Sequence record: MN871449.1
DNA length: 64,000 nt
Reading direction: 5' to 3' (one strand)
Shown one piece after another: positions 49,359-57,852 of the stretch. The stretch's first letter is position 1; each line of letters starts with the position of its first letter. A program made the translations under genes and the position numbers. The notes beneath the pieces are model-generated. The model did not search any database and was not told the DNA's origin. It saw only the letters and a list, made by a program, of their open reading frames with translations.

Positions 49359-49382
49359 AAAGAGAGGCGTTGGCCTCTCTTT
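49359..49382 (+). terminator. Terminator hairpin
   Basis: AAAGAGAGGC-GTTG-GCCTCTCTTT followed by a T-rich tail. Confidence 0.8.
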
Positions 49383-49462
49383 CTTTTATTTTCTTAGTTT
49401 TATGATAATACTTAAAATCTGATTTAATTTAAGAGACACTTATTACGAAGAGAGGATTTATC

Positions 49463-50140
49463 ATGCCCACTTCAGTTGGAATTTACGACGACAGTACGCT
49501 CCCTGCTATTATCCAGTCGATTGAGTTATTAACTCCTTGGACAAGAACGCCGAGTGCTTCGGATTTTGCAGGCGAGAATAAACCGTTTAAGCAAGTTCCT
49601 ATTTTATCTTGGCCAATCAATATGCGAGAAACGGAAGTACGCTCCCGTCTTATCAGTCACCTGGGAACTAAATTTCCAGGAATTGACGCCAAGATCAACG
49701 CCCTCCCGGATGGATTTGTTCTTAACACGTTGGCAAATCTGGGTTACGGCGTGACGACTTTGTACCACTATAGTCTCCTTCCCCGACTCGACAACGTTTT
49801 TAACCCGAGTATCTACGCGGTGGCATCGCTGTGGGTAGGATACTATTTATTCGAATCCTTACGTACTGACTACGAAGAGGACACAACCAACGATGGACAA
49901 TACCGCTATAAGCAGTTGTCTGATCTTATTGATATCGTGGGTTACACGCTTCGTACTATCATAAGCGAAAATGCACTTGTGAAAGGAAACCATGTCATTG
50001 TCTCCGCTACCGTCAATAGCGAAGACCGCAATGTAGTCTACACTGACAACAGTAATTTGAGTGCTTTCGTCGATAGCGGCGGATCACTCAAAACACTTGC
50101 GAGTCAGTGGATAACGAGCAAGAGTAACCCGACTGTCTAA
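49463..50140 (+). CDS. Hypothetical protein
   Basis: GAGG SD, 225 aa, AT-rich upstream region. Confidence 0.75.
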   Translation: MPTSVGIYDDSTLPAIIQSIELLTPWTRTPSASDFAGENKPFKQVPILSWPINMRETEVRSRLISHLGTKFPGIDAKINALPDGFVLNTLANLGYGVTTLYHYSLLPRLDNVFNPSIYAVASLWVGYYLFESLRTDYEEDTTNDGQYRYKQLSDLIDIVGYTLRTIISENALVKGNHVIVSATVNSEDRNVVYTDNSNLSAFVDSGGSLKTLASQWITSKSNPTV

Positions 50141-50178
50141 CGGGCCGGTAAAGCCCACAAGAACAAAAGGTGAACGCT

Positions 50179-50340
50179 ATGGTGAAACGCCCCTGCTATA
50201 TCGCCAGATTCCCTGGTGACGAACGAATCGAGAAACAACGTGAAGAAGACCGCCAACGCTTTTTACGCAATGTTTACAAAGAATGTCGGTTTAAAGGAGT
50301 AACACTCCCTACGCCGACAAATAAACCGCAGAGACATTAA
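50179..50340 (+). CDS. Small basic protein (53 aa), missing from the ORF track
   Basis: AAAAGGTG SD then MVKRPCYIARFPGDERIEKQREEDRQRFLRNVYKECRFKGVTLPTPTNKPQRH*. It ends just before a terminator hairpin. Confidence 0.6.
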   Translation: MVKRPCYIARFPGDERIEKQREEDRQRFLRNVYKECRFKGVTLPTPTNKPQRH

Positions 50341-50346
50341 CCAAAT

Positions 50347-50372
50347 GAGAGGAGGGCGTCTGCCCTCCTCTC
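50347..50372 (+). terminator. Terminator hairpin
   Basis: GAGAGGAGGGC-GTCT-GCCCTCCTCTC followed by TATG. Confidence 0.75.
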
Positions 50373-50444
50373 TATGCTGTAACATTTCAAACCTTACAGT
50401 TACCGTTCCTACTATGTAAACGTAAAACTTATTGAGGTGTAGCC

Positions 50445-51176
50445 ATGCAACCATCCAGTCTGCTCAACGGCATCAAGGGTCTCAACGCCAGTGAAACCCA
50501 ACGCCTAGTTGCTTTAGCACAGGCGGTGAAGGAAACCATCGAAGGAGTGATTGTCCCGGGTCAAGTCTTCGTGTACGGCGTCCATGCTATCGGTGAAAAG
50601 TATCAACTCGAAAACGTGGAAATCGTCATCGACCCGAGCGTTGAAACGTATCGCGTTGAAGGAAATGTCCTTTATCTGAATGCGCCGATCGATAACCCGG
50701 ATGCATTGACCTATCTTTCCCTGACCGAAGGGATCGGGTATTACCTGAAACCGGAAACGAAATTCCGCGAAGAAGCGCGTACTGCCGGTACTAATTGGGT
50801 GACCAGTTACAGTAATGAGCTGTATAAAATCTACCTCAGTAATGAAGACAAGCGGAGTGAATTACTGACGTCGCTGGCAAAAGAGTTTTACTTCCTCCTG
50901 AAGAACGCTCACCCGTTACTCGTTGATCACTATAACGAAGCAGACAGCTTTGTGAGCGACTTTGTAACAGAAGGGGTAAAAGCTACTGATCTTTACGCTG
51001 CGATTCATCAGGGGCTGTTTAAGGTGTTATTCGACGACAGTAACGCCACGACGTTTGGTAACATCTACCAAACTATTATCCGTTCCGATAACAGCACCGG
51101 TCAATACACGAAGCCTACCTCGGCAGAATTCATGACCGGGTATCTGTTTGAATGTCTCGGTGCCATTTCAAACTAA
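50445..51176 (+). CDS. Hypothetical protein
   Basis: GAGGTG SD, 243 aa. Confidence 0.75.
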   Translation: MQPSSLLNGIKGLNASETQRLVALAQAVKETIEGVIVPGQVFVYGVHAIGEKYQLENVEIVIDPSVETYRVEGNVLYLNAPIDNPDALTYLSLTEGIGYYLKPETKFREEARTAGTNWVTSYSNELYKIYLSNEDKRSELLTSLAKEFYFLLKNAHPLLVDHYNEADSFVSDFVTEGVKATDLYAAIHQGLFKVLFDDSNATTFGNIYQTIIRSDNSTGQYTKPTSAEFMTGYLFECLGAISN

Positions 51177-51185
51177 TTTAACATC

Positions 51186-51200
51186 TATATCACTCTATTG
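51186..51200 (+). promoter_or_regulatory. Candidate early promoter TATATCACTCTATTG
   Basis: Third copy of the TATATCAC motif, upstream of gene 51328. Confidence 0.55.
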
Positions 51201-51327
51201 AAATAAGGTAGAGAAATCTACCTTTCAAAGTTCTCATCGCGCCGAATTGATCATCGGTCGATAGTGAAGTAGTAGAACTGCAGTTCTTATTAATCTCATC
51301 GAAACACACTCAATTGAGGAAATACAA

Positions 51328-51789
51328 ATGTCAGATGTAAAAGAAAAGAAAGAAACCGTACTGGAAATTTCTAAAGAGGTACTGGACCTTTCCGCTAAAA
51401 TCGGCGACAGCATTTTCGTCTCAGAGCACGGAACTATCTCGCAGAAAGAAGGCGTAGACTGTTTCATGGACAACGCGCCGGCGGATATCAAAGACAAGAT
51501 CGAAGCGGTTCAGGAATATGAAAGCCTGTTCGCTACCGCGCTGCTGCATAACGCCGGCCCTAAGGCCATCGATCACCTGAAAACTCATCGCGACACCAAA
51601 CGCGTCTGGGGTGTTATCCAGACAGGTAAAACAGGCGTTGCGGTTAACTATACTCCGCCGACCGGTAAAAAGGCTGACGGCACCATGAAAGACCCGTCGG
51701 TGACCGTGGCGTATCGCCGTAAAGAACGCGATGACCATGTCGCGGTTCGCCGTATGATCGAATCCAAAACTTCCGAACTGTCCGATTAA
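51328..51789 (+). CDS. Hypothetical protein
   Basis: GAGG SD, 153 aa. Confidence 0.8.
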   Translation: MSDVKEKKETVLEISKEVLDLSAKIGDSIFVSEHGTISQKEGVDCFMDNAPADIKDKIEAVQEYESLFATALLHNAGPKAIDHLKTHRDTKRVWGVIQTGKTGVAVNYTPPTGKKADGTMKDPSVTVAYRRKERDDHVAVRRMIESKTSELSD

Positions 51790-51812
51790 TTTCGGCGGTC
51801 AGGTAGTTTAAT

Positions 51813-51835
51813 AAAGCGGGGAAATCCCCCGCTTT
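51813..51835 (+). terminator. Terminator hairpin
   Basis: AAAGCGGGG-AAATC-CCCCGCTTT followed by a T-run. Confidence 0.8.
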
Positions 51836-51865
51836 TTCTTTTCTTTCAATTAGGTTAATTATCAA

Positions 51866-52417
51866 ATGGAAAACACCGTTGTAAACGAAGCAATCTCTGC
51901 TGCCGCAACTATTGACAGCGAAATGAAACAGGAAGTCCTGAAGGATTTCAAACACGAAGACTTCGTGCTGGTTGATTCCTCTTACCCGGAAATCATCAAA
52001 GACGGCGAAATCCCGCTGAGCAAAGAAGAGATCATCGCCAAACACGAAGATTACGTTGATCGTATCTCCAAGATGTCTCTGACTCATTCGCTGTTCATCG
52101 GTTTGGGCTTCGATGTCCCTAAAGGTCACGCATTGTCAATCCATGCCGTTAACCGTTATCTGGAATCAACCAGCGGCCAGATCAAATACCGTAACGTGAC
52201 GGAAACGGAATCTGATGAAGCGGAATGCTGGGAATTCACTGTCCTGCATCCGGCGTGCGAATACAAATTCCTCGAAACCGATTTCTGGTTAGCCGGTCTG
52301 CGTGCCCTCCATTTCCTGGTGACGCGCCACGACCCAGACCTGACCGAGTACGTTAATCGTAAGACCGCGGCAGTAGCGGGTCTCGACGACGCCTGGCTGA
52401 AACAGGTCAGAGCGTAA
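51866..52417 (+). CDS. Hypothetical acidic protein
   Basis: 183-aa ORF. Confidence 0.75.
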   Translation: MENTVVNEAISAAATIDSEMKQEVLKDFKHEDFVLVDSSYPEIIKDGEIPLSKEEIIAKHEDYVDRISKMSLTHSLFIGLGFDVPKGHALSIHAVNRYLESTSGQIKYRNVTETESDEAECWEFTVLHPACEYKFLETDFWLAGLRALHFLVTRHDPDLTEYVNRKTAAVAGLDDAWLKQVRA

Positions 52418-52422
52418 ATACC

Positions 52423-52444
52423 AAGAGAGGCGCTGGCCTCTCTT
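52423..52444 (+). terminator. Terminator hairpin
   Basis: AAGAGAGGC-GCTG-GCCTCTCTT followed by a T-run. Confidence 0.75.
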
Positions 52445-52470
52445 TCTTTTATTTTTCGAAGAGAGAAACT

Positions 52471-52992
52471 ATGCGCCTCAAAGTCAGTAAATTGTCCTTT
52501 CTGAAAGCCGTAGAAGACCTGGCAAAATATCGAATTGACACCACCACCTTCGGTAGACGTGTAGGTGAAACGACGCGTGCGACCACGGATATAACGTATA
52601 AACGCATCGGGTCTAAACTGATCATTGAATATCTGGGAATGAATGCGAGGGAGTATCGTTGCCGGGGATTCCGTTTATCGCTTCAACTCGGTGTCCCGGT
52701 TCAGATCACCAGTCTCGAAGCATTAAAAATTGATATCACGGAATTTTATCGACTCTTCAAAAAACTGAGACTGGATACGTTTAAGCACGCATTTCAACGT
52801 TATGTACTCTGGACTTTCCTGGACGTTTACGGTACCCGGCACTACGTATTGCATTTAATGTACGCCACCGAGAGAGACCCAGAGTTTTATCCGCTAACCC
52901 TCAACGAAGATTACGCATCAAGATACCCAGTTGAAGGGAACATCGAAAAACGCAGTCGGCGTTTTCTGGAATGGTTAAACTTCTATGCTTAG
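52471..52992 (+). CDS. Hypothetical basic protein
   Basis: 173-aa ORF. Confidence 0.7.
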   Translation: MRLKVSKLSFLKAVEDLAKYRIDTTTFGRRVGETTRATTDITYKRIGSKLIIEYLGMNAREYRCRGFRLSLQLGVPVQITSLEALKIDITEFYRLFKKLRLDTFKHAFQRYVLWTFLDVYGTRHYVLHLMYATERDPEFYPLTLNEDYASRYPVEGNIEKRSRRFLEWLNFYA

Positions 52993-53057
52993 GTCGTTTG
53001 ACCTAAGCAGGTTAATCGTCTCATTGTTTTTTTTTGGTTTCATTGAACGGAGGAGAG

Positions 53058-53444
53058 ATGTTTCGTTCATTCAAGCAACTCGAAGTATGGACAGGCAGAA
53101 TACCTGATTGGCGAGTTTGGGAAGGATTGGATATTGTCTTTGTCGATACCACGTTAAAAAGCGGAATAAAAGACTTTGCGCCCACCCCAGAATTACTCTG
53201 GCCATTTAAGCAAGGTATTGTCAGTGAAGCGGAATACGTTGATATCTATTACCGGTTGACCCGTGAACGGTTTATCAAAAATCCGGAACCGTGGCTGTGG
53301 TTGATTAATCAGGAACGAATTTGTTTAGCTTGCTATTGTAAACACGACTGCTTCTGTCATCGTCACCTCTTAAAAGATATCCTAGAAAAACTCTGTAGAA
53401 AAGAAAGAATTCGATTTATTGATCGTGGCGAGCCGATTTGGTGA
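53058..53444 (+). CDS. DUF488-like protein
   Basis: FAPTPELL...Y...YY...L and ICLACYC...CFCHRHLL are typical of DUF488. GGAGG SD before ATG 53058. Confidence 0.7.
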   Translation: MFRSFKQLEVWTGRIPDWRVWEGLDIVFVDTTLKSGIKDFAPTPELLWPFKQGIVSEAEYVDIYYRLTRERFIKNPEPWLWLINQERICLACYCKHDCFCHRHLLKDILEKLCRKERIRFIDRGEPIW

Positions 53445-53493
53445 TAGCACGCATTACTGTGTAAGCTTACAAAATTAAGATGGAGTATACACA

Positions 53494-54060
53494 ATGTACG
53501 TCGATTTATTCGGTCGTCCCAAATACGAGATTCTCGCTGATCTGATCAGTCAGCAGAATAACCTCACTACGCCGCTCAACGCCAGCTACCTGAGCTTTGG
53601 TAACATCACTGGTTCTACGGTACCGGGCACAGAAGATCGTGTCTCCGTGCTCGTTACAGGCCGTTCTCCGGTAACCGGGAGTAAGACCTTTACTTACACC
53701 CGTATCGAACTGAACAAACTGATGGCGTCGGTTGGCCCTACGTTAGTCCTGCCGGAAACAGCATCGACAATCGCTGATCTTTTACCGCTGATCAAAGCTA
53801 AATACAGTCTCTATATTGACGTTGAAGATATTGCGAATGCGGACGATTACCTGCCGTTCATTCCGTCCGGAGAAACCGCGGTTGTGACCATCCAGACCAA
53901 AGCTGGTACGACTTATAATAGTCACGTCTGGTCAGGTAACCTTGACGTCACGTGTAGTGGCGGTAGTAAGATTCCTCGTGGTTCTCTGCTTACCGAATCT
54001 GGTAAAGCGATTAACACCGAAGACAGCAAATTCATTCTGGTTGAACAAACCGGGAATTAA
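53494..54060 (+). CDS. Virion structural protein, candidate tailspike docking adaptor
   Basis: N-terminal domain resembles the 3..3396 family. The C-terminus reads LLTESGKAINTEDSKFILVE. Confidence 0.55.
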   Translation: MYVDLFGRPKYEILADLISQQNNLTTPLNASYLSFGNITGSTVPGTEDRVSVLVTGRSPVTGSKTFTYTRIELNKLMASVGPTLVLPETASTIADLLPLIKAKYSLYIDVEDIANADDYLPFIPSGETAVVTIQTKAGTTYNSHVWSGNLDVTCSGGSKIPRGSLLTESGKAINTEDSKFILVEQTGN

Positions 54061-54066
54061 GCGAAT

Positions 54067-54098
54067 AGGAGAGAGGGAGCAAATGCTCCCTCTCTCCT
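54067..54098. terminator. Bidirectional terminator hairpin
   Basis: AGGAGAGAGGGAGC-AAAT-GCTCCCTCTCTCCT between convergent genes. Confidence 0.85.
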
Positions 54099-54108
54099 CA
54101 TTTATGTT

Positions 54109-55770
54109 TTACTGGACGATTCCGATATTATTACCAATTTTACCATCAAAATCCGGCGAAACTCCCGTTGTACCGTTACCGATACAAGGACTATTCATTT
54201 TGACTTTAATATTGAGTAAAGCTTCTTTTAATCCGCTGAAAGCGCTATTAGACAAACCATTGATGAACGCTGGGTTGCTGAATAGATTACTTTCTTCCAG
54301 AAATCCTGTGGAAGTGGGTTGTACACCATTCCATTTTTCAGAATAGAAGACATTATTTTTGAGTTTAAATTTACCTAATAACCCTGGGAAACCGGACACC
54401 GTACTACCTACCACAAGTTCCGTAGCTGTTTTATTGGTGTAATAAAAAATGTTGCTATCAAGCGTCAAACTGAGTGCCGTTGCATTGTCATCGGCCTGCG
54501 GGTTTATAGCTATCGCATTATCGTTACTTGTAGTGACCGTATCAATGAACACACAGTTCCGTACAACATTATCATAGACGTAGCGAAACGCAGAGGTTTT
54601 TTGCCAAAATTTATCTGCTGTATTGGTGGTTCTCGCTACTCCATCGTTAAATGAAATCACATATTCGATGACGTTACCGATCGACCCAAAACCAAGCGTA
54701 TAGTACAAAGTATACGCATCATTGGACAATGGCGTGTACCCTTTAGAACTGTACCAGCTGTTACTGAAAGGTCCTTGGATAATCATTGAACCGCGGGCGT
54801 TGTTTGAAGTATATCCATAACGCGCCACGCAATAGTGACAATGATAATCGAAGTCAATAGTTTGACGGTCAGGGTAAGCCGGGCCGGCGCCGTGGATTTC
54901 GAAATTCTGTAATGTCAGATAACGTGTTCCAGAGAACCAAACCGGGACATCGGCTTGAGACGCACCTGTTGCGGTATTGTACACGTTGTAACGGTAACTG
55001 GAATAGTACAGTCCGTCCACACCCGTCGCCATGTCGTCGCCAATGACATTCCGCGATTGATTTTTACTCGCTGCCCAACCAATGAACACCGCCGAGTTAA
55101 TGATGTTCGTAAACGAACAGTTGATCACCCTAAAACCATAACTTTTCTTCTGGTCACCGTGATAAGTCGTTTTGTCCGAGAGATCTGGGTTACCTCTCAA
55201 TTGTACACCGGCATTCACGTTGTCGAACGTACAGTTACTGATTAAGAGTTTATGGGCAATGTTATTAAGCCCGGCATAATCGACCAAACTGTTCAAACAG
55301 AACACCCGATTGATTCCGTTCATCCCCCCTAACGACTCAGGTGTACCAATAAAGTCAACTTTGTTTAAGGTTAAGTTACAAATATTGTTATTGGCACTAT
55401 CGCCGATTGGAATCAGGTTAAGGTAAATGGCGGTTCTTTCTGATCCAGGTTTCGGGGAAATACGAATGTCTTCAAACTTTATTTGGCACGCGTACGCATC
55501 AATGATAATCGTATCGTTATTACTGGTGAGTATTGGTTTGGCGCCCGCACCGTATCTAGTAATAACAGACTGTATACCAGTCTTATTATTAAAGAAACTG
55601 GTTGCGGTACGGTTGTAATATGCCAGTTCGTAAGTTTGCCCTGCTTTAAGGTATAGCGTTAGCGGGTGGACTAGGTTGGCGTCAATCGCTGACTGAATCG
55701 AATTAAAGGGATTGCTTTTCGTCCCGGTCCCATTAACTGTAGCGGACGAATCAATGTAATAGTAGTTCAT
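54109..55770 (-). CDS. Right-handed beta-helix (pectin-lyase-like) polysaccharide depolymerase lacking the anchor domain
   Basis: YYIDSSATVNGTGTKSNPFNSIQSAI...LYLKAGQTY start, N-rich beta-helix repeats and SNPAFIN near the C-terminus. GAGGT SD before ATG 55770. Confidence 0.75.
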   Translation of the reverse strand: MNYYYIDSSATVNGTGTKSNPFNSIQSAIDANLVHPLTLYLKAGQTYELAYYNRTATSFFNNKTGIQSVITRYGAGAKPILTSNNDTIIIDAYACQIKFEDIRISPKPGSERTAIYLNLIPIGDSANNNICNLTLNKVDFIGTPESLGGMNGINRVFCLNSLVDYAGLNNIAHKLLISNCTFDNVNAGVQLRGNPDLSDKTTYHGDQKKSYGFRVINCSFTNIINSAVFIGWAASKNQSRNVIGDDMATGVDGLYYSSYRYNVYNTATGASQADVPVWFSGTRYLTLQNFEIHGAGPAYPDRQTIDFDYHCHYCVARYGYTSNNARGSMIIQGPFSNSWYSSKGYTPLSNDAYTLYYTLGFGSIGNVIEYVISFNDGVARTTNTADKFWQKTSAFRYVYDNVVRNCVFIDTVTTSNDNAIAINPQADDNATALSLTLDSNIFYYTNKTATELVVGSTVSGFPGLLGKFKLKNNVFYSEKWNGVQPTSTGFLEESNLFSNPAFINGLSNSAFSGLKEALLNIKVKMNSPCIGNGTTGVSPDFDGKIGNNIGIVQ

Positions 55771-55781
55771 TTTTACCTCAA

Positions 55782-57776
55782 TCAACTGAGCGTAGTGTGG
55801 ATATCGATCCAGGTATCATTCGGGATATCTACATAATCTCCCAACGCTGTCGTGACCGCACCGGTGGTAGTATCAGCGGTGTAAAGAATTTTTCTCACGC
55901 CGATAGTAATGACATTGGAAACGTCCGATTCGATTACCGCTACCAGGTTTTGAATACCCGAGCCAAAGGACCCAAATGGAGGTGTGATTTTCCAGGCCAC
56001 CGAAGAAGTCCCTGTGGAGGCCCCTGTGATCGTATATTTCCCTGTCGATACTCGAGCAGCTGTCACTGTTCCTAGTCCAGCGTAGCCACGGTTGATAGCA
56101 GATAAAGTATCGTTAGCGGAGAACTCTCCCGAGGTGACGAATGACCCGCGAGTGTTGGCTGAAAGATTATTCGTTAATCGAATCACTGCTCCGCGTGTCT
56201 GAGCATACGTCCCATTGTTGAGCTGAACAGCGACGTTGGTAGTCAGCGACTCCGTAACGGGGAGGTACACGATCCCGGAGGGCTCAGTCGTAACATAGCT
56301 GTTTAATACAGTATTGATGGTTACTTTCGCGACGCCATCGGAACCAGGCGGGTCAGCACGTAAGGGAATAAGGGAAGAGTTCTCAGAACGAACCGCTAAG
56401 CGCGCATAAAGCGTTGAAGTGTTGGCCGTCGCATCTCGCACCACTCCAAAACGTACCGTTCCTGAACTGTAACGCAGATCTCCTCGAGAACGAAGTGACG
56501 TAATTCTAAGGTAGTAACGCAGTGTGTTTGCGTTGACGGTAGTCACATTCGAGGGTTTCGATTGGAATTCAATCAAGTAAGCGCATACAGCTTCCGATAA
56601 ACCCGCACCCCCAGAATAAATACCGCTGAATACCGAGCCTTGAATATTGTCATTGACCGTCACCAATTTAACCCAAGACTCCGTGCTGAGCCAATCGGTT
56701 GGGTTAGTAGAAGAATTCAATAAAGCACTTGGTAAAAGGTCGGCTGTAACAATCTCTTTAGCTACGCGTTTTACGGCATCGGGAAAAGGCGCAGCAAAGT
56801 TTGTATACAGCCCGGGACCTGCTAAATAGGCTTTCACTGAACCATCTGCTTGGGGTAGAAAAATAATAGACGAAGAGAGAGTATCGTCTTCCGCGCCGCT
56901 GACCGGAAAGCGAGTGATGCTTCCTAACCGCGACCCGGCACCATAACCGTAAGGCTCCGTTACAGGGATAGCCATTCTGGCCGCCGTCATGACACCATTT
57001 TTAATCGCATAGGTCTGGAGACGACCTCTCTGATCAATAACCAACGCGCCTTTGTTATTCTTACCGCCAAAAACAATACCTGCAATCCCTTTTGGGTCGT
57101 TTGGTCTAGCTGTCAGATCAAATTGTCCGTTGGTTTTAATTCTTTCCCAGAAATCAATAGTCTCGCTTCTTACGTCAACTGGGAGAGTACCGCCCGTTAA
57201 TAGTTGCGACCAACCGTCTGCTAGTGTAACGTTATTCCCTGAGGAATCCGTCACCACAAGGTTGTCGCCGCTCTGTGCCCAATGGTCAACAGTGAGAGCA
57301 GAATTGTTGCTGAAATAAAAACGGAGCGATGTAGTGTCGATGACTACCATGATCCCCGAGAGCACTAACCCTTTCTTTAAAACGACTATATTATCGCTTC
57401 CGAACCCCGCGTTCTGACAGAGCCCGCTAACAAACCCACGATAAACACTCCCAATAATTTTACTGTAAACAACGTTATTGATCTGCTTACCGTCCTTATC
57501 GAGAAGCGATGTATAGGTCCCACCCCCTTGATTGAGATACCCGTTAACAAATGACCGAGTATCGTCGGTGTAAACGAAGAAGGGTTCGTTCTTTTCTGTC
57601 CCAGCTAATCCTAATTCGATAGTGTCAAAGGCACTTTCGAAATTTAATACCGAGCGCAACGAAGAAAGAGTGATCTGGTTTGTTTCGGTAGGAACCGTCA
57701 CTATAGGGACCATTGAGTTCTCAGGGACGCTAGCCGCACTCCCTAATTCCGAAATTTTTTGAGTATCATTAGACAT
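55782..57776 (-). CDS. Tail fibre / RBP with the shared N-terminal anchor
   Basis: MSNDTQKISEL...FFVYTD...GYLNQGGG anchor. The C-terminus (STGKYTITG...DIPNDTWIDIH) resembles phage tail-fibre C-terminal domains. Confidence 0.75.
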   Translation of the reverse strand: MSNDTQKISELGSAASVPENSMVPIVTVPTETNQITLSSLRSVLNFESAFDTIELGLAGTEKNEPFFVYTDDTRSFVNGYLNQGGGTYTSLLDKDGKQINNVVYSKIIGSVYRGFVSGLCQNAGFGSDNIVVLKKGLVLSGIMVVIDTTSLRFYFSNNSALTVDHWAQSGDNLVVTDSSGNNVTLADGWSQLLTGGTLPVDVRSETIDFWERIKTNGQFDLTARPNDPKGIAGIVFGGKNNKGALVIDQRGRLQTYAIKNGVMTAARMAIPVTEPYGYGAGSRLGSITRFPVSGAEDDTLSSSIIFLPQADGSVKAYLAGPGLYTNFAAPFPDAVKRVAKEIVTADLLPSALLNSSTNPTDWLSTESWVKLVTVNDNIQGSVFSGIYSGGAGLSEAVCAYLIEFQSKPSNVTTVNANTLRYYLRITSLRSRGDLRYSSGTVRFGVVRDATANTSTLYARLAVRSENSSLIPLRADPPGSDGVAKVTINTVLNSYVTTEPSGIVYLPVTESLTTNVAVQLNNGTYAQTRGAVIRLTNNLSANTRGSFVTSGEFSANDTLSAINRGYAGLGTVTAARVSTGKYTITGASTGTSSVAWKITPPFGSFGSGIQNLVAVIESDVSNVITIGVRKILYTADTTTGAVTTALGDYVDIPNDTWIDIHTTLS

Positions 57777-57801
57777 ATTTGTTTTCCTGAAGAAAGCTAA
57801 C

Positions 57802-57816
57802 TGGTCATACGAAACA
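57802..57816 (-). promoter_or_regulatory. 15-bp element TGTTTCGTATGACCA (late-promoter candidate)
   Basis: Identical copies at 60250 and 62611. It contains TATG. Confidence 0.65.
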
Positions 57817-57823
57817 CAAAAGA

Positions 57824-57847
57824 GAGGAGGGATTAAAACCCCTCCTC
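57824..57847. terminator. Hairpin between RBP genes
   Basis: GAGGAGGG-ATTAAAAC-CCCTCCTC. Confidence 0.65.
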
Positions 57848-57852
57848 GTGTT

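Noticed and set aside
53027-53035. Poly-T tracts (here, at about 16645 and at about 30359) as phase-variation switches
   Set aside because: All are intergenic and follow hairpins, consistent with terminator U-tracts. None sits in a reading frame.
49354-53493. tRNA or other known ncRNA genes in the intergenic gaps
   Set aside because: No cloverleaf, T-loop (GTTCGA) plus D-loop combination or CCA end was found by eye. A tRNAscan-SE or Infernal run would be decisive.
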